Of a stretch of DNA of 64,000 nt, positions 41,212 to 54,904 are shown in pieces. Where the stretch lies: NCBI RefSeq assembly GCF_009914755.1, contig NC_060932.1, one strand, 5' to 3'. Within the stretch, counting starts at the first letter, position 1. The number at the start of each line of letters is the position of its first letter. The notes under the pieces are model-generated. The model was not told the DNA's origin, searched no databases, and saw only the letters and a list, made by a program, of their open reading frames with translations. This DNA comes from the human T2T-CHM13v2.0 reference genome, Homo sapiens. Position numbers and translations under genes: made by a program.

Positions 41212-41786
41212 CTTATTGCATCTTATGTGACACATGGTTTTGATTGTTCTCATCTTTCTTAATCATTTTATTAAGATGATGCCTTCTAGGCATCTTGAAA
41301 GTTACTTTTCCCATTTGTGATTAATAAATATTTGATGAGGAGTTACTTAAATAATCTCTAAATACCCTGTTCCTCATCAAACATTTTATTCATTTATTTT
41401 GATGCTCCCACTGGCCAAAACTAGGACCAATTGAGCATCAAAATAAATGATGAAAGTCACAGGTTACAAGTCATTGAGTAAAATAGAAAGGACAATCCCA
41501 TGTTGATATAAGGTGGCTTGTGTGTTCTTGTGCTATGCCACCATCCTTTTTGTAGCTCCTTAGTTTATGATACAACCAGATATTCCAGACTTGTCTTGTA
41601 TTTTTTTTTCACCTTAGCCCTGGAGTCAGCCATTTCTCCATGGAACCATGGTGGTTGTGGGTTTTTTTTTTTTTTTTTTTTTTTTTGTGCAAAATAGTAT
41701 ACAGAAGTCCAGGAAGGGCCACTAGACGTGCTCACTGCTTTGGGGTTGACACTGACTCCCAGACCTCCCAGTGGATGAAGCAAGGG

Positions 41787-41788
<2 letters not shown>

Positions 41789-41828
<40 letters not shown>
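41789..41828. repeat. (CA)n microsatellite
   Basis: direct reading. Confidence 0.95.
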
Positions 41829-41831
<3 letters not shown>

Positions 41832-43254
41832 CTACCCCACTATGTCTATATTAATGTCTGTATCTACAAATACTAAAAGTGGAGACTTCACAGTGATACC
41901 TCTAATTTCAAATCAATACTACAGAGTTTATTCTATTTTCTTCTCCTTTCCATGTTGTAACTCGCTTCTTTTTCCAGTGAGGAACTTGATTTCTATTACC
42001 CTTGATATATTTGCTTACATGTTCATTCATCCTGTGTATGATCAATCTCCCGTCAATGCTGCTGTCTCCTCCCCCAACCTGGTAAGTGCCCAGTTGTCAC
42101 TGTTTAAGCTCCAATATCTCGTCCTGGTTCACACCCTTTGCTGATGCCTCTTCAGCCTACTCAGATTTAACACCTTGCCTTTGATTGTCCCAACACAGAC
42201 CATGTAGGCCAGCCCTTAGCCTGGACTTCCTCCTCATTCTTCTTGGGCTCTGAGACCCACACTGGCTCACCTCCATGTTGGACTTTGATTTTTCTTAAAC
42301 AGCTCATACCCAGAAACTTCACACTGGGCTGATCCCTTCACCTTGCTTGGTTCTACTTTAGGACTGCAGTGTTTGAGAAGGTGAAGGAAAATGGAACGGC
42401 AATCCCAAGGCTGAGATAATACAAGTTTACCTGGGTCTGTTGACTTTTTCTCCTCTCCCTCTCTGGAGGGGGTGGTGATGAGGAAGTTGAGGACTGTACC
42501 TAATGATAGCAGGAATGCTCTGGGGCACAAGTGTTGCTGGGCCCAGGCAGAGTGAGCACGAGGCCTCCTTTATATGGCCCTGTACCTCTTTCCTCATTTG
42601 GTCTTCTCCATTAGAGGGAAGAGGATCCCAATGACACTTACAAGTGGCTACTACGTAGCATGTGTTGTCTGAATCAGTTTGCATCTGCACTCAATGAGTC
42701 GGTATTATCCTTACAGTTTTTCAGATAAAGAAAAAGTTAGAAAACTTACATGGCTACTCATGTCCACCAAGGGACAGAACCAGGATTTGGACTTGGGGCT
42801 GTCTGTCTCCAACTCTGTTTATCTCCTTATCTCTTGTAATGGAGGAGACAGAGCACATCTTGGAAAGCCAGCCATACCAAAGTTGCTTAATCAATGTTAG
42901 TTAATATTAATGTGTTTGTGAAGAAAACATAAAATATGAGCTCTGGGGCTCTGGTGAGTTGAGACTTAAGCCTTCTGGCCAGGGAATATTCTGTTTTTCT
43001 TTCTGAGATGTTATGGTAGGCGTTTGGTTCAAGAAAAGCTAAGAAGTATTTTTTTGGACATCTTTGTGAGATTATGATCTTAAAAAGACTAAGAAAATAA
43101 TATGTATTGGGCATTTACTAGGTGTCTGACTCCATTCTAAAACTTTATACCTATCAATTTATTTAATGGTCACTATAAGGTGAAGTGTACTATTTTCTTC
43201 TATTCATAGATAAGAACTTAAGGCACAGAGAGTTTAGGTAACATCCAAGGTTAT

Positions 43255-43610
43255 TGTATTAGTCCATTCTCATGCTGCTAAGAAAGACATACACAAGATC
43301 GGGTAATTTAAAAAGGAAAGAGGTTTAATGGACTCACAGTTCCACATGGCTGGGGAGGCCTCACAATTGTGGCAGAAAATGAAGGAAGAGCAAAAAGACA
43401 TCTTACGTGGCAGCAGGCAAGCAAGCTTGTGCAGGGGAACTCCCATTTATAAAACCATCAGATCTCATGAGACTTATTCACTACCACAAGAACAGTATCA
43501 GAGAAACTGCCCCCAGGATTCAATTATTTCCACCTGGCCCCGCCCTTGATATGTCGGGATTATTACAATTCAAGGTGAGAGGTGGGTGGGGACACAGACA
43601 AACCATATCA
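43255..43610 (-). mobile_element. THE1C-like solo LTR inserted in a MIR
   Basis: tgtattagtccattctcatgctgc...caaaccatatca; TSD gttat/gttac. Confidence 0.9.
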
Positions 43611-44109
43611 GTTACAGAACTGGAGAGAAGAAGAACCAGCATTTGAGTGCAGGCTGATTGGTACTTGGGTTCAGTTCTTGACTGAGTGGTAGGTTCTACT
43701 CACTCAGACTTCTGGGTTCTGGAATTTAGCTGAATGTGCTTTTTCATGAAAAGACACATCACAATTAAGCTGAGAGATATAAAAGCGCTTTGCAAGATGG
43801 AAAAATTATCCAATATTATGTTCATATTATAACTTATTGAGTTTTTGTTACATCAAGTGTTCCTTTTATCTGTTTTTGAGACAGGCATTAAAGTATTCAG
43901 AAATTGTTAAGTCAGAATGAGTGGGTCTGGGTATTTACTGAATGCCACGTGCCAGGCCTACTAATCAAAATCATGCCTTTAAAGAACTAGCCACCCAGTG
44001 AACCACCCAAGGGAACCAATATTACAATACCCTGTAGTAATTACTATGGCAGATGTAAGTGGAGGATGCTACAGGAGTAAAAAGGAAGGGCACAGAAAAT
44101 ATTCTCAAA

Positions 44110-44612
44110 AGGGAGAATCTGGGGTCAGAGTCTTGGCAGGATGTCAGTTTCAGCCTTCATGGTTCAAGTGAGTGAACTTCTTAAAGGGACTTTTTACAGG
44201 GGCATGTTCGAGGTTAAAGAAGCCACAAAGAGACGTTGAGGCACCCAGAGTCTAGCAATCATGGGATGCTCTTAACACTTTGAGGCTGAAAGGTCAAGGA
44301 AAGGAAATGGTTTTACCAGAGCCCAGTAAGAACTAGAGCTACAAAGGAGGGGGTGGCAGCTAGGAGCATGGCCTCAAAGAGATGCAGCTTTCCCCAGATA
44401 TAAAGGGCCAGGCAAAAAATATTCCAACCACTTTTTCATTCCATCTTCTCAACTCCTGTGGCTGTTTTCCAGCAGTAAAACCCAAATGAAAGTCAGCTGT
44501 CAAAAGGATCTAAGTAGGGCACTCTCCAGGGCTCAGCCATCCTGGCACAGAGCAGGAAAGAAGGTCAGAAAGTGGACATGGGGTGAGGACAAATGGAGAA
44601 TAACCTGCATAT
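44110..44612 (-). mobile_element. LTR41-like ERVL LTR
   Basis: gaggcacccagagtctagcaatcatggg...ggacaaatggagaataacc. Confidence 0.6.
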
Positions 44613-44924
44613 CATAGGAGGCTTCCTGAAAAAGGTGGTTCTTTAATTAATGCTGAAGTATAGAGAAGAGTTTTCTAGGTAAACATGGAAGGGGAAGAAG
44701 ACATGCCAGGCAGAGAGTCTATCCTGTTTAAAGGCATGATCCTGTTGGGAAACTATGATGTCTTCATGATGAATAGGGTGGGAAGGGTGAGAAAGATGCA
44801 GTGGTAGAATTACATTTTGCCCCAACCATATCTTCTTCTTACCACTCTTGTTTGTGTTTCAAACATATAAAATCATATTTGTTGGAAAGAAAAGAAAATC
44901 ACATCTTTTTTTTAGCCAATTATT

Positions 44925-47900
44925 TTTCTTTTTTTTTTTGAATTATACTTTTAAGTTCTGGGGTACATGTGCAGAACGTGCACATTTGTTACGTAGATAT
45001 ACATGTGCCATGGTGATTTGCTACACCCATCAACCCGTCACCTACATTAGGAATTTCTCCTAATGCTATCCCTCCCCGAGCCCCCAATCCGCTGACAGGC
45101 CCCACCGTGTGTTGTTCCCCACCCTGTGTCCATGCGTTCTCTTTGTTCAACTCCCACTTATGAGTGTGAACATGTGGTGTTTGGTTTTCTTTTCTTGTGA
45201 TAGTTTGCTGAGAATCATGGTTTCCAGTTTCAACCATGTTCCTGCAAAGGACATGAACTCATCATTTCTTATGGATGCATAGTATTCCATGGTGTATATG
45301 TGCCATATTTTCTTTATCCAGTCTATCATTGATGGACTTCTCGGTTGGTTCCCAGTCTTTGCTATTGTAAACAGTACTGCAATAAACATACGTGTGCATA
45401 TGTCTTTACAGTAGAATGATTTATAATCCTTTGGGTATATACCCAGTAATGGGTTTGCTGGGTCATATGGTATTTCTAGTTTTAGATCCTTGAGGAATGG
45501 CCACACTGTCTTCCACAATGGTTGAACTAATTTACACTCCCACCAACAGTGTAATAAGCGTTCCTATTTGTCCACATCCTCTCCAGCATCTGTTGTTTTC
45601 TGACTTTTTAATGAACGCCATTCTAACTGGCATGAGATGGTATCTCATTGCGGTTTTGATTTGCATTTCTCTAATGACCAGTGATGATGAGCATTTTTTC
45701 ATATGTTTGTTGGCTGCATAAATGTCTTTTTTTGAGAAGTGTCTGTTCATATACTTTGCCCACTTTCTGATGGGGTTGTTTGTTTTTTCTTGTAAATTTA
45801 AGTTCTGTGTTGATTCTGGATATTAGCCTTTGTGAGATGGATAGATTGCAAAAATTGTCTCCCATTCTGTAGGTTGCCTGTTCACTCTGATGGTAGTTTC
45901 TTTTGCTGTGCATAATCTCTTTAGTTTAATCAGATCCCATTTATCAATTTTGGCTTTTGTTGCCGTTGCTTTTGGTGTTTCAGACATGAAGTCCTTGCCC
46001 ATGCTTATGTCCTGAATGGTATTGCCTAGGTTTTCTTCTAGGGTTTTTATGGTTTTAGGTCTAACATTTAAGTCTTTAATCACCTTGAGTTGATTTTTGT
46101 ATAAGGTGTGAGGAAGGGGTCCAGTTTCAGTTGTCTGCATACAGCTAGCTAGTTTTCCCAGCACCATTTATTAAATGGGGAATCTTTTCCCCATTGCTTG
46201 TGTGTGTCAGGTTTGTCAAAGATCAGATGGTTGTAGATGTGTGGTGTTATTTCTGAGGCCTCTGTTCTGTTCCATTGGTCTATATATCTGTTTTGGTACC
46301 AGTACTGTGCTGTTTTTCTTACTGTAGCCTTGTAGTATAGTTTTAAGTCAGGTAGAATGATGCCCCCAGCTTTGTTCTTTTTGCTTAGGATTGGCTTGGC
46401 TATGCGGGCTCTTTTTTGGTTCCATATGAAGTTTAAAGTAGTTTTTTCTAATTCTGTGAAGAAAGTCAATGGTAGCTTGATGGCAATGGCATTGAATCTA
46501 TAATCTACTTTGGGCAGTATGGCCATTTGCACGATATTGATTCTTCCTATCCATGTGCTTGGAATGCTTTTTCCATTTGTTTGTGTCCTCTCTTACTTCC
46601 TTGAGCAGTGGTTTGTAGTTCTCCTTGAAGAGGTCCATCACATCTCTTAGAAGTTGAATTCCTAGGTATTTTATTCTATTTGTAGCAATTGTGAATGGGA
46701 GTTCACTCATGATTTCTCTCTCTGTTTGTCTATTATTGGTGTATAGGAATGCTTGTGATTTTTGCACATTGATTTGGTATCCTGAGACTTTGCTGAAGTT
46801 GCTTATCAGCTTAGGGAGATTTTGGGCTGAGATGATGGGGTTTTCTAAATATACAGTCATCTCATCTGCCAACAGAGACAATTTGACTTCCTCTTTTCCT
46901 ATTTGAATACCCTTTATTTTTTTCTCTTGCCTGATTGCCATGGCCAGAACTTCCAAAAGTATGTTGAATAGGAGTGGTGAGAGAGGGCATCTTTGTCTTG
47001 TGCCAGTTTTCAAAGGGAATGCTTCCAGTTTTTGCCCATTCAGTATGATAATGGCTGTGGGTTTGTCATAAATAGCTCTTATTATTTTTAGATACTTTCC
47101 ATTGATACCTAGTTTATTGAGAGTTTTTAGCGTGAAGTGGTTTTGAATTTTGTTGAAGGCTTTTTCTGCATCTATTGAGATAATCATGTGGTTTTTATCA
47201 TTGGTTCTGTTTATGTGATGGATTACGTTTATTGATTTGCATATGTTGAACCAGCCTTGCATCCCAGGGATGAAGCTGACTTGATTGTGGTGGATAAGCT
47301 TTTTGATGTGCTGCTGGATTCGGTTTGCTAGTATTTTACTGAAGATTTTTGCATCGATGTTTATCAGGGATATTGGTCTAACATTTTCATTTTTTGTTAT
47401 GTCTCTGCCAGGTGTTGGTATCAGGATGATGCTGGCCTCATAAAATGAGTTAGGGAGAATTTCGTCTTTTTCAGTTCTTCGTAATAGTTTCAGAGGGAAT
47501 GGTACCAGCTCCTCTTTGTACCTCTGGTAGAATTTGGCTGTGAATCTGTTTGGTCCTGGACTTTTATTTGGTTGGTAGGCTATTAATTACTGCTCCAATT
47601 TTGGAACTTGTTATTTGTCTATTCAGGGATTCGACTTCTGCCTGGTTTAGACTTGGGTGGGTGTATGTGTCAGGAATTTATCCATTTCTTCTAGGTTTTC
47701 TAGTTTATTTGCATAGAGGCGTTGATAGTATTCTCTGATGGTAGTATGTATTTATATGGGATCAGTGGTGATATCCCCTATATCATTTTTTATTGTGTCT
47801 ATTTGATTCTTCTGTCTTTTCTTGATTAGTCTGGCTAGCGGTCTATCTATTTTGTTGATCTTTTCAAAAAACTACCTCCTGGATTCATTGATTTTTTTTT

Positions 47901-47965
47901 TTTTCCAGGGTTTTCCATGTCTTTATTTCCTTCAGTTCTCCTCTGATCTTAGTTATTTCTTGTCT
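44925..47965 (-). mobile_element. L1PA7-like LINE-1, 5'-truncated (~3 kb)
   Basis: L1PA 3'UTR plus ORF2 sequence in antisense; no TSD evident. Confidence 0.95.
45147..47262 (-). pseudogene. frameshifted L1 ORF2p (RT and C-terminal region)
   Basis: ORF track fragments in several frames ([34 protein letters not shown], catalytic FADD changed to LADE). Confidence 0.93.
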
Positions 47966-48201
47966 CGGTGCTCTACATGTTCAGAGAACTTCTCTAATGA
48001 TGAACTATAGGAATGATCCCTGAAAGTATAGTCTTACATTATTAATATTATAGAAGGGATCTCAAAAGGATCAGCCCCGGATCAGTCTGGCAACTTTCTA
48101 AGCCATCCAAGATAGGTGGCATCTGGGTTCCACTTAGAGTTAAACATCTTGCTCAATTCTTTCTTTTACATCAAAATTTATATTCATCTTTCATAACTCA
48201 C

Positions 48202-48555
48202 TGTCTTAGTCCACTTGGGCTGCTGTAACAAAGTACCATAGTCTTAGAACCAAGAGAAATTAATTTCTCACAGTGCTGGTGGGTGGAAATCTGAGATCAA
48301 GGCCCTCGTAGACTCTGTGTCTGGTGAGGGTTTGCTCTCGACTTCGTAGGCAGCATTGTATTGCTGTGTCCTCACAGAGTGGAAGGGACAAGGCAGCTCT
48401 CTATGTCCTCCTTTATAAGGGCACTAGTCCCATTTATGAGGGATTTGCCTTCATGAACTAATCATCTCCCGAAAGCCCTACCTCCTAACACCATCACTTT
48501 TGGGGGCTAGGATTTTAGCCTATGAATTTTAGAAAGACACATTCGGACCATAGCA
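48202..48555 (-). mobile_element. MLT1A0-like MaLR LTR
   Basis: tgtcttagtccacttgggctgctgtaacaaagtacca...ggaccatagca. Confidence 0.85.
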
Positions 48556-48579
48556 CCCATCATCTTCTTCTACCAAGGC

Positions 48580-48867
48580 TTTTAATTTTATTTTTTAAGA
48601 GACAGGGTTTTACTCTGTCGCCCAGGCTGGAGTACAGTGGCGTGATCATAGCTCACTGCAGCTTTGAACTCCTGTGCTCAGGTGATCCTGTTGCCTCAGT
48701 CTCCGGAGCAGCCAGAAGTAAAGGCATGAACCACCATGCCCAGCTAATTTTTGTAGTTTTTACAGAGATAGGGTATCGTTATGTTGCCCAGGCTTGTATC
48801 AAAGTAATCCTCCCAGCTTGGCCTCCCAAAGCCTGGAATTTTAGGCATAAGCCACCGCACTCAGCCT
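48580..48867 (-). mobile_element. AluJ
   Basis: gatcatagctcactgcagc; diverged dimer. Confidence 0.9.
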
Positions 48868-49354
48868 CCTACCCAGGGTCTTAACCTTAAAATAGTTTTA
48901 ATACAGTGTTGTGGAAGGCCAAGGTCTAGACTATTTTGAAGGGTTATTTTCAGCTTCAGGTTCTTTGGCTTTGGCACCACGTCTGTCCTAATGCCTTAGA
49001 ATTCCTTTCCCTTGCTAATACCAAGCCTAGCCCTCTCATTCTGCTTTTATGTCAAGAACCAGCGTAGGCCATAACTAGGGCAGCCTGCACAGGGCCTGGA
49101 AAAGTAACAATGGCCTCCTGGCCATTTCCTTCCTTTCCACTCTACACACTCTTTATTCATGTGAAACTTACAATGCTGATTATCTTCCTTGAGTGTTTTC
49201 TTCCACTTGCCTTCTTAGAATTCCTAGTGACTTGATGTATCTATCATTTACCCATTACCCTAATGCTTTATGAAAAGATACCTTCACTATTCTCCTTATA
49301 CAGATAAGAAAAGTGAGACATACACAACTGATGTCACGCCGTTAGAAAATGTAG

Positions 49355-49721
<367 letters not shown>

Positions 49722-49894
49722 AACACTGTTCACACTATTTACTACTATGCTGGACTTCATCTCTAAACAAACTTCACAAACAGACTTGCTTTTCTGACTT
49801 CTCGAATTTCCCTCCCACATAGGACTGTACTTTTGCTTCAGTATTCTTTCTAAATCATTGAGTACTCATTGTTTGAGATAATTTATTTTCTTTT

Positions 49895-50067
49895 TAAAAA
49901 TCGTAAATGTTTTATGTTAGAAACAGGGTCTTGCTATGTTGCCCAGGGTGAAGTGCAGTGGTGATTCACAGGTGTGATCATTGCCTACCACAGTCTTTAA
50001 CTTCTGACCTTAAGTGATCCTCTGTCTCAGCCCCCCAGTTGCTGGGACTGTGCCATCACACTTGGCT
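49895..50067 (-). mobile_element. FAM/FRAM-like Alu monomer
   Basis: single diverged monomer (gtgattcacaggtgtgatcattgc). Confidence 0.7.
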
Positions 50068-51416
50068 CTTTTCTTTAACTTTACATCTTGCTGTTTCTGC
50101 TTCCTCAATCTCAGATTAAGTCTGAAGTCTCCTCTTACTGTTTCCACCTCTGACCCCATTATAAGCTTTTTCACAGCCCTGATTCCAGCTGTCACCAGGC
50201 ACATGATTTTCTTGTTAATGCTATGCAGTGCTGAGCATGTTCAGTTGAATCAGCTGTTAAGGGCTCCTAAACCAGAAGTCCTACCCCTAATTCCAGCTGC
50301 AGCACCAGAAGTAAGGTGGTCTGAGACCTTGGTATCAAGTCCATGTCACCATGCCTCTTCTTTACACTCTACTTCAACTGATTTGGGTCTCTTTCCCCTG
50401 TATATCCCAATGGATTGGATGGCCAACATCCTGGTTGGCCTGGGACAGTTAGGGTTTATGCTCACTGTTCTGGTATAATAATTAGTGGTTCCCTCTTTGA
50501 CTCTCAGAATTGTCCTAGTCTGAAGGATAGATCATGTGATTCTTGTACCTCTTGGCCCCTCTGAATGAAGAAACGTGTTCCCTGTGATGAATGTGAGAGG
50601 GCCTGACGTTTTAGACTATAGAATTACAAATTGAATGTCAGATAATACATGTGGGCAACGTATGATGGGCCTGACTGTTTTTAAAACAGAAAGGAGGCAA
50701 CAGCTTGCACCTCTCTTTTTCAAACCAGCTCCCGGTAATGTGATCAAATACTCAGCCAACTAATAGTGGCATAGCCTGGAACTTAGTTGTGTATAGATCT
50801 ATTTAGAGTAGTAGACCAACCAGACCCATCTGGTGATGAAAAAGCCTTCCCTTGGTCACCTGTCAGAGGCAGAATAATAGACATAGATGTGCCTCAGTGA
50901 AGCCACTCACCCTTTTCACTCTGAGCATGTACAAAACTTACCTGAGATGCCAGTGGTGCAGCTCTGCTGGACCTGGACTGTGAAGGGCTCCAGGATGTGG
51001 CTGGGAGGAAATGACCCCATTATTTCAGCAGAGCAGAGAGTATATGTTCCACTTGGCGTGGCAGCTACTATTTGGTTGTAGGGTGACAATGCTAGGCCTC
51101 CCGCTCCTACTTAAGGGCTTACCCTATGGCTTGCCCATCTGTTTAGGACAAAGCCCCAGGGAACAGGGCCAGGAAACAGAACAAGGAAAGTCCTACTGGG
51201 TGAAATGCCATGGAAATGGGTTTCAGAGAGGGTCCTCCTGCACTGGGTTACTGACTTTTCCGCTAGTGGCTACTAAAAAATGAATTCTTCAAAGTGCTTA
51301 TCACTGGCTCTTATAGGTGAATTGACTGGAAGGAATGATGAACAAAAACTGTAAGCTGGACATCACTAAGTCTCTGAGGGAGAAGAAAAAAAACAGCAGC
51401 CCTCTCTCTAAGGTGA

Positions 51417-51710
51417 TTTTTTTTTTTTTTGACAGAGTTTCACTCTTGTTGCCCAAGCTGGAGTGCAATGGGGCGATCTTGGCTCACTGTAGCCTCCACC
51501 TCTCAGGTTGAAGTGATTCTCCTTCCTCAGCCTCCCAAGTAGCTGGGATTACAGGCATGCACCACCACACCTGGCTAATTTTGTATTTTTAGTAGAGACG
51601 GGGTTTCTCCATGTTAGTCAGGCTGGTCTCGAACACCCGACCTGAGGTGATCTGCCCGCCTCAGCCTCCCAAAGTGCTAGGATTACAGGTGTGAGCCACT
51701 GCGCCCAGCC
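51417..51710 (-). mobile_element. AluSp-like
   Basis: gagtttcactcttgttgccc, gggtttctccatgttagtcagg; TSD tctctaa(g/a)gtgatttt. Confidence 0.93.
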
Positions 51711-52717
51711 TCTCTAAAGTGATTTTAAAGGTCAGGTATCCTGAAAGTATGACCTTGTCCCTGATGATTGGAATTAAAAAAAGTTTTCCTGGGAAATGAA
51801 AGATGAAAAAAAAACCAATAGGCTTTTTTTCAGACCTTGCAATTCAGATGGAAGGAATTTTGTTCGAGGGCTAGGGGGGAATGGAAGGAAAGGTAGGAAA
51901 GTTATAGTAGGATAACTGGAAGGAGAGAGAACTAGAAGCAGATAATTTGGACAAGTAGAGGAACAGGCAGGGGAGCTGGGAGAAAGGAGGAATAAGAGTG
52001 AATGCGGGCCACGTGTGGCCTGGAACTGACCTCACACAGGTGCCAGCAGGGTTGCCAGGCCAGGCAGGGATGTTAAGGGGCTCTTCAGGACCCAGATCAA
52101 TTTCCACAATTCTCTGCCATGCCCCAAATTCTTAGCTTGCTTGCTCTATTTTAGTAGACCATCGAAAGTCTCTGCTAAAATAGAAATTCCATTGCTACCT
52201 GTGAATAGTTTCGTATAAAATATATGTCGAATGGCTTTAGACCCTTGTTTTGGACCCTCTGAAACATTTTGGAAAGGGAAGACCAGGGTGTTAGTGGGAT
52301 GGGCTGTCATATGAGTGTAGCTGAAGACTCTGGGAATCCTGGGGGAGAATGGAGCCGTGGACCTCTACGTACAGGAATTCTGAGAATAACTTTTAACGGC
52401 TTCATCATTTTATGAATATCTATGGTGAGGTTAGAACAGGCCGCCATTCATCTGTAGACTTGGTTCATTTATTTATTCATTATATGCCTGCTACGGACTA
52501 TATGGGAGGCTTGCTTGCACTTTGGTGGTTGAGGCAGGCAGAGAATAATCAGAAATACTTCCGAGAAGGGCAGAGAACCAATTGGAGTAAATGCATTTGT
52601 TTCTCTAGAAGGCAAGCAAGGAAGAAAGGGGCACTTTCTTGTCCTGAACACTGGACTCCTGGGGCAGTGACAGGTTCATTGGCACCATCAGCACCAAGAG
52701 CAGCATGGCCAAGATCA

Positions 52718-53180
52718 GGTATAGTGGGTTGAACAGTATCCCACCAAAATTCATGTTCACCTGGAAACTCAAAATATGACCTTAACTGGAAACAGTCTTT
52801 GCAGATGTGGTAAATTCAGATGAGTTTATAGTATATTAGTGTGGATCATGAATTCAATGACTGGCGTCTTTATGGAGAAAATAGAGGGAGGTTTAGACAC
52901 AGAGACACAGAGGAGACATAGAGAAGAAGGCCACATGACAACCGAGGCAGAAGTTGCAGTGATGCTGCCACAAGCCAAGGAATGCCAAGGACTGCCAGCA
53001 AGCACCACAAGCTAAAAGAGCAGCATGGGATGGTTTTCTGGGGGAGAGCTTCCAGAACCATCCCTGTGGACTCCTTGATTTTGGACTTCCGGCCTTCAGA
53101 ACTGTGAGAGAATAAATTTTTGTTGTTTTAAGCCACCCATTTTGTAGCACATTGTTACAGCAGCCTTAGGGAATCCACAT
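52718..53180 (+). mobile_element. MLT1C-like MaLR LTR
   Basis: agtgggttgaacagtatcccaccaaaattcatg...gccacaagccaaggaatgcc...agaactgtgagagaataaattt. Confidence 0.88.
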
Positions 53181-53483
53181 ATCAGTCTCTGAGGCTAGTC
53201 TTCCTGTCCCAGGGTTGGTTCGGGCAGAGTAAGGAGACACCAAGATGGTATTGGGTTAATGTGAGGGCTCAAGACCAAGAGAGCATCTGAGACCAGGCAG
53301 GGCTCCCAGCAAGTGCAGGTGTGGCACTGATGCCAGAATGGCACAGATGCAATTTTCCCCACAGCATGCTTTAGCAATGAAGCAGCCATCTGTGAAGCCC
53401 TTGCCTGCCCTTGGGTGCTGCAGCCCATTATATGGGCATTGTGCCCTCAGGCCAATTGCACATGTGCGTCAACTGATTTTTCA

Positions 53484-53687
<204 letters not shown>

Positions 53688-54492
53688 TCAGAGGATCTGA
53701 GTCTTAGAGGGGAACACTGCTAAAAGCAAGTTAATGACTATTACTTTCCTCAGGTTGCCATTACTTGGAGAGGCCTCTTAGGAGGGCAAATAGGGATAGT
53801 GACGAGTTGCGCTTTGTTCTGCTGCAAGGAAGAACCATGGGAATGTGTGTCTATAGCTTGCCTAAGGTGAAGTAAGCCACTCTTAAGAAGTTACTCAGGA
53901 GTTGTAGGTTTATGATAATACGGAGGCAGAGAGGGCTGCAGTGGGGGTCAGTTTGGTCACCATGTTGGTGGTGGGTGGTTGAATGCTCCCTAGAGGGTTT
54001 GTATAATTTTCCTTGGAAAATTCGCTGTAAAGAGGATATGAGCTTTTTTGCATTTGACTCCTTGCCATCCAGTGCTGGAGCAGTGAGCTCCCAGAAAGGC
54101 CTGGGCATAGCAGACATAAAACATGTAAGCACTCAAAGGGCATTGGGAAAGCCTATTCAAACTTAGGTGACTTTGAATGTGATACCCTGATTATCTACTA
54201 GACAGAATTATATGAACTAAATGGTAAGGCATATAGGAGTTTGGAACAGGGAATTGTTGGAAAGCCCCATTAAGCCTCAGAGGGCTTATTAGGGATGCTA
54301 CCCAATGCTTGGATTCAAAGCTACATTTAACTAGGCTTCTTCCACCCTTCTTTCTGAATCTTTACTTGAGCCCTGGAGGTAGGGAGTATTTCATAGCAGG
54401 ATAAAGTTGTATTTGCTAATCCTTGAGGATTAGCTGGAAGCATGTTAATGAGATCTTTATCAGGGCCTGCTGTGGTTATGGGGGCCAGATTT

Positions 54493-54529
<37 letters not shown>

Positions 54530-54904
54530 TTTTACAATATTTCTTAATGCTCAGGATTCTATCCAATTTGAAACAGATATATTCAGTACTCTGGGGCCAG
54601 CAACAGGCTTAGCACATTATGCACAAGACAGAGTTTGGAGAGGCAAAAGTTGAGTTGTAGAAAGCCTTGTTCAGACAGCACTGCCCTGAGACCTTGGCCC
54701 TTGCCTCAGGCCTATGCTTCAGGGGACCCCATGCTTTGGAGTTTCTTGTTGACATTTTCTAAAACTCCGTCTGATGCCTTGGACAAGCTGGGTCTGTCAG
54801 TACACCCCAGAAGAGAACCCAGAGTTCAAACAAGGGCTCCCCACCACCGTGGTTCCCATTTCTACCTTCTCCATCACTCTCTGACCCTCTGCATCCCTCG
54901 CTCA

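Larger units (their letters stand above)
39320..42100 (-). mobile_element. L1MC-type 3' region hosting L1PB, a mini-L1PA, a micro-inversion and (CA)n
   Basis: catacagaaaacttgcaaatac...gccccatcacccctaaattcttcag; resumes after each insertion (gccctggagtcagccatttctcca). Confidence 0.75.

Noticed and set aside
45147-47262. Reverse transcriptase ORFs as a possible novel RT system
   Set aside because: Ordinary L1 ORF2, fragmented across frames, catalytic motif mutated, 5'-truncated.
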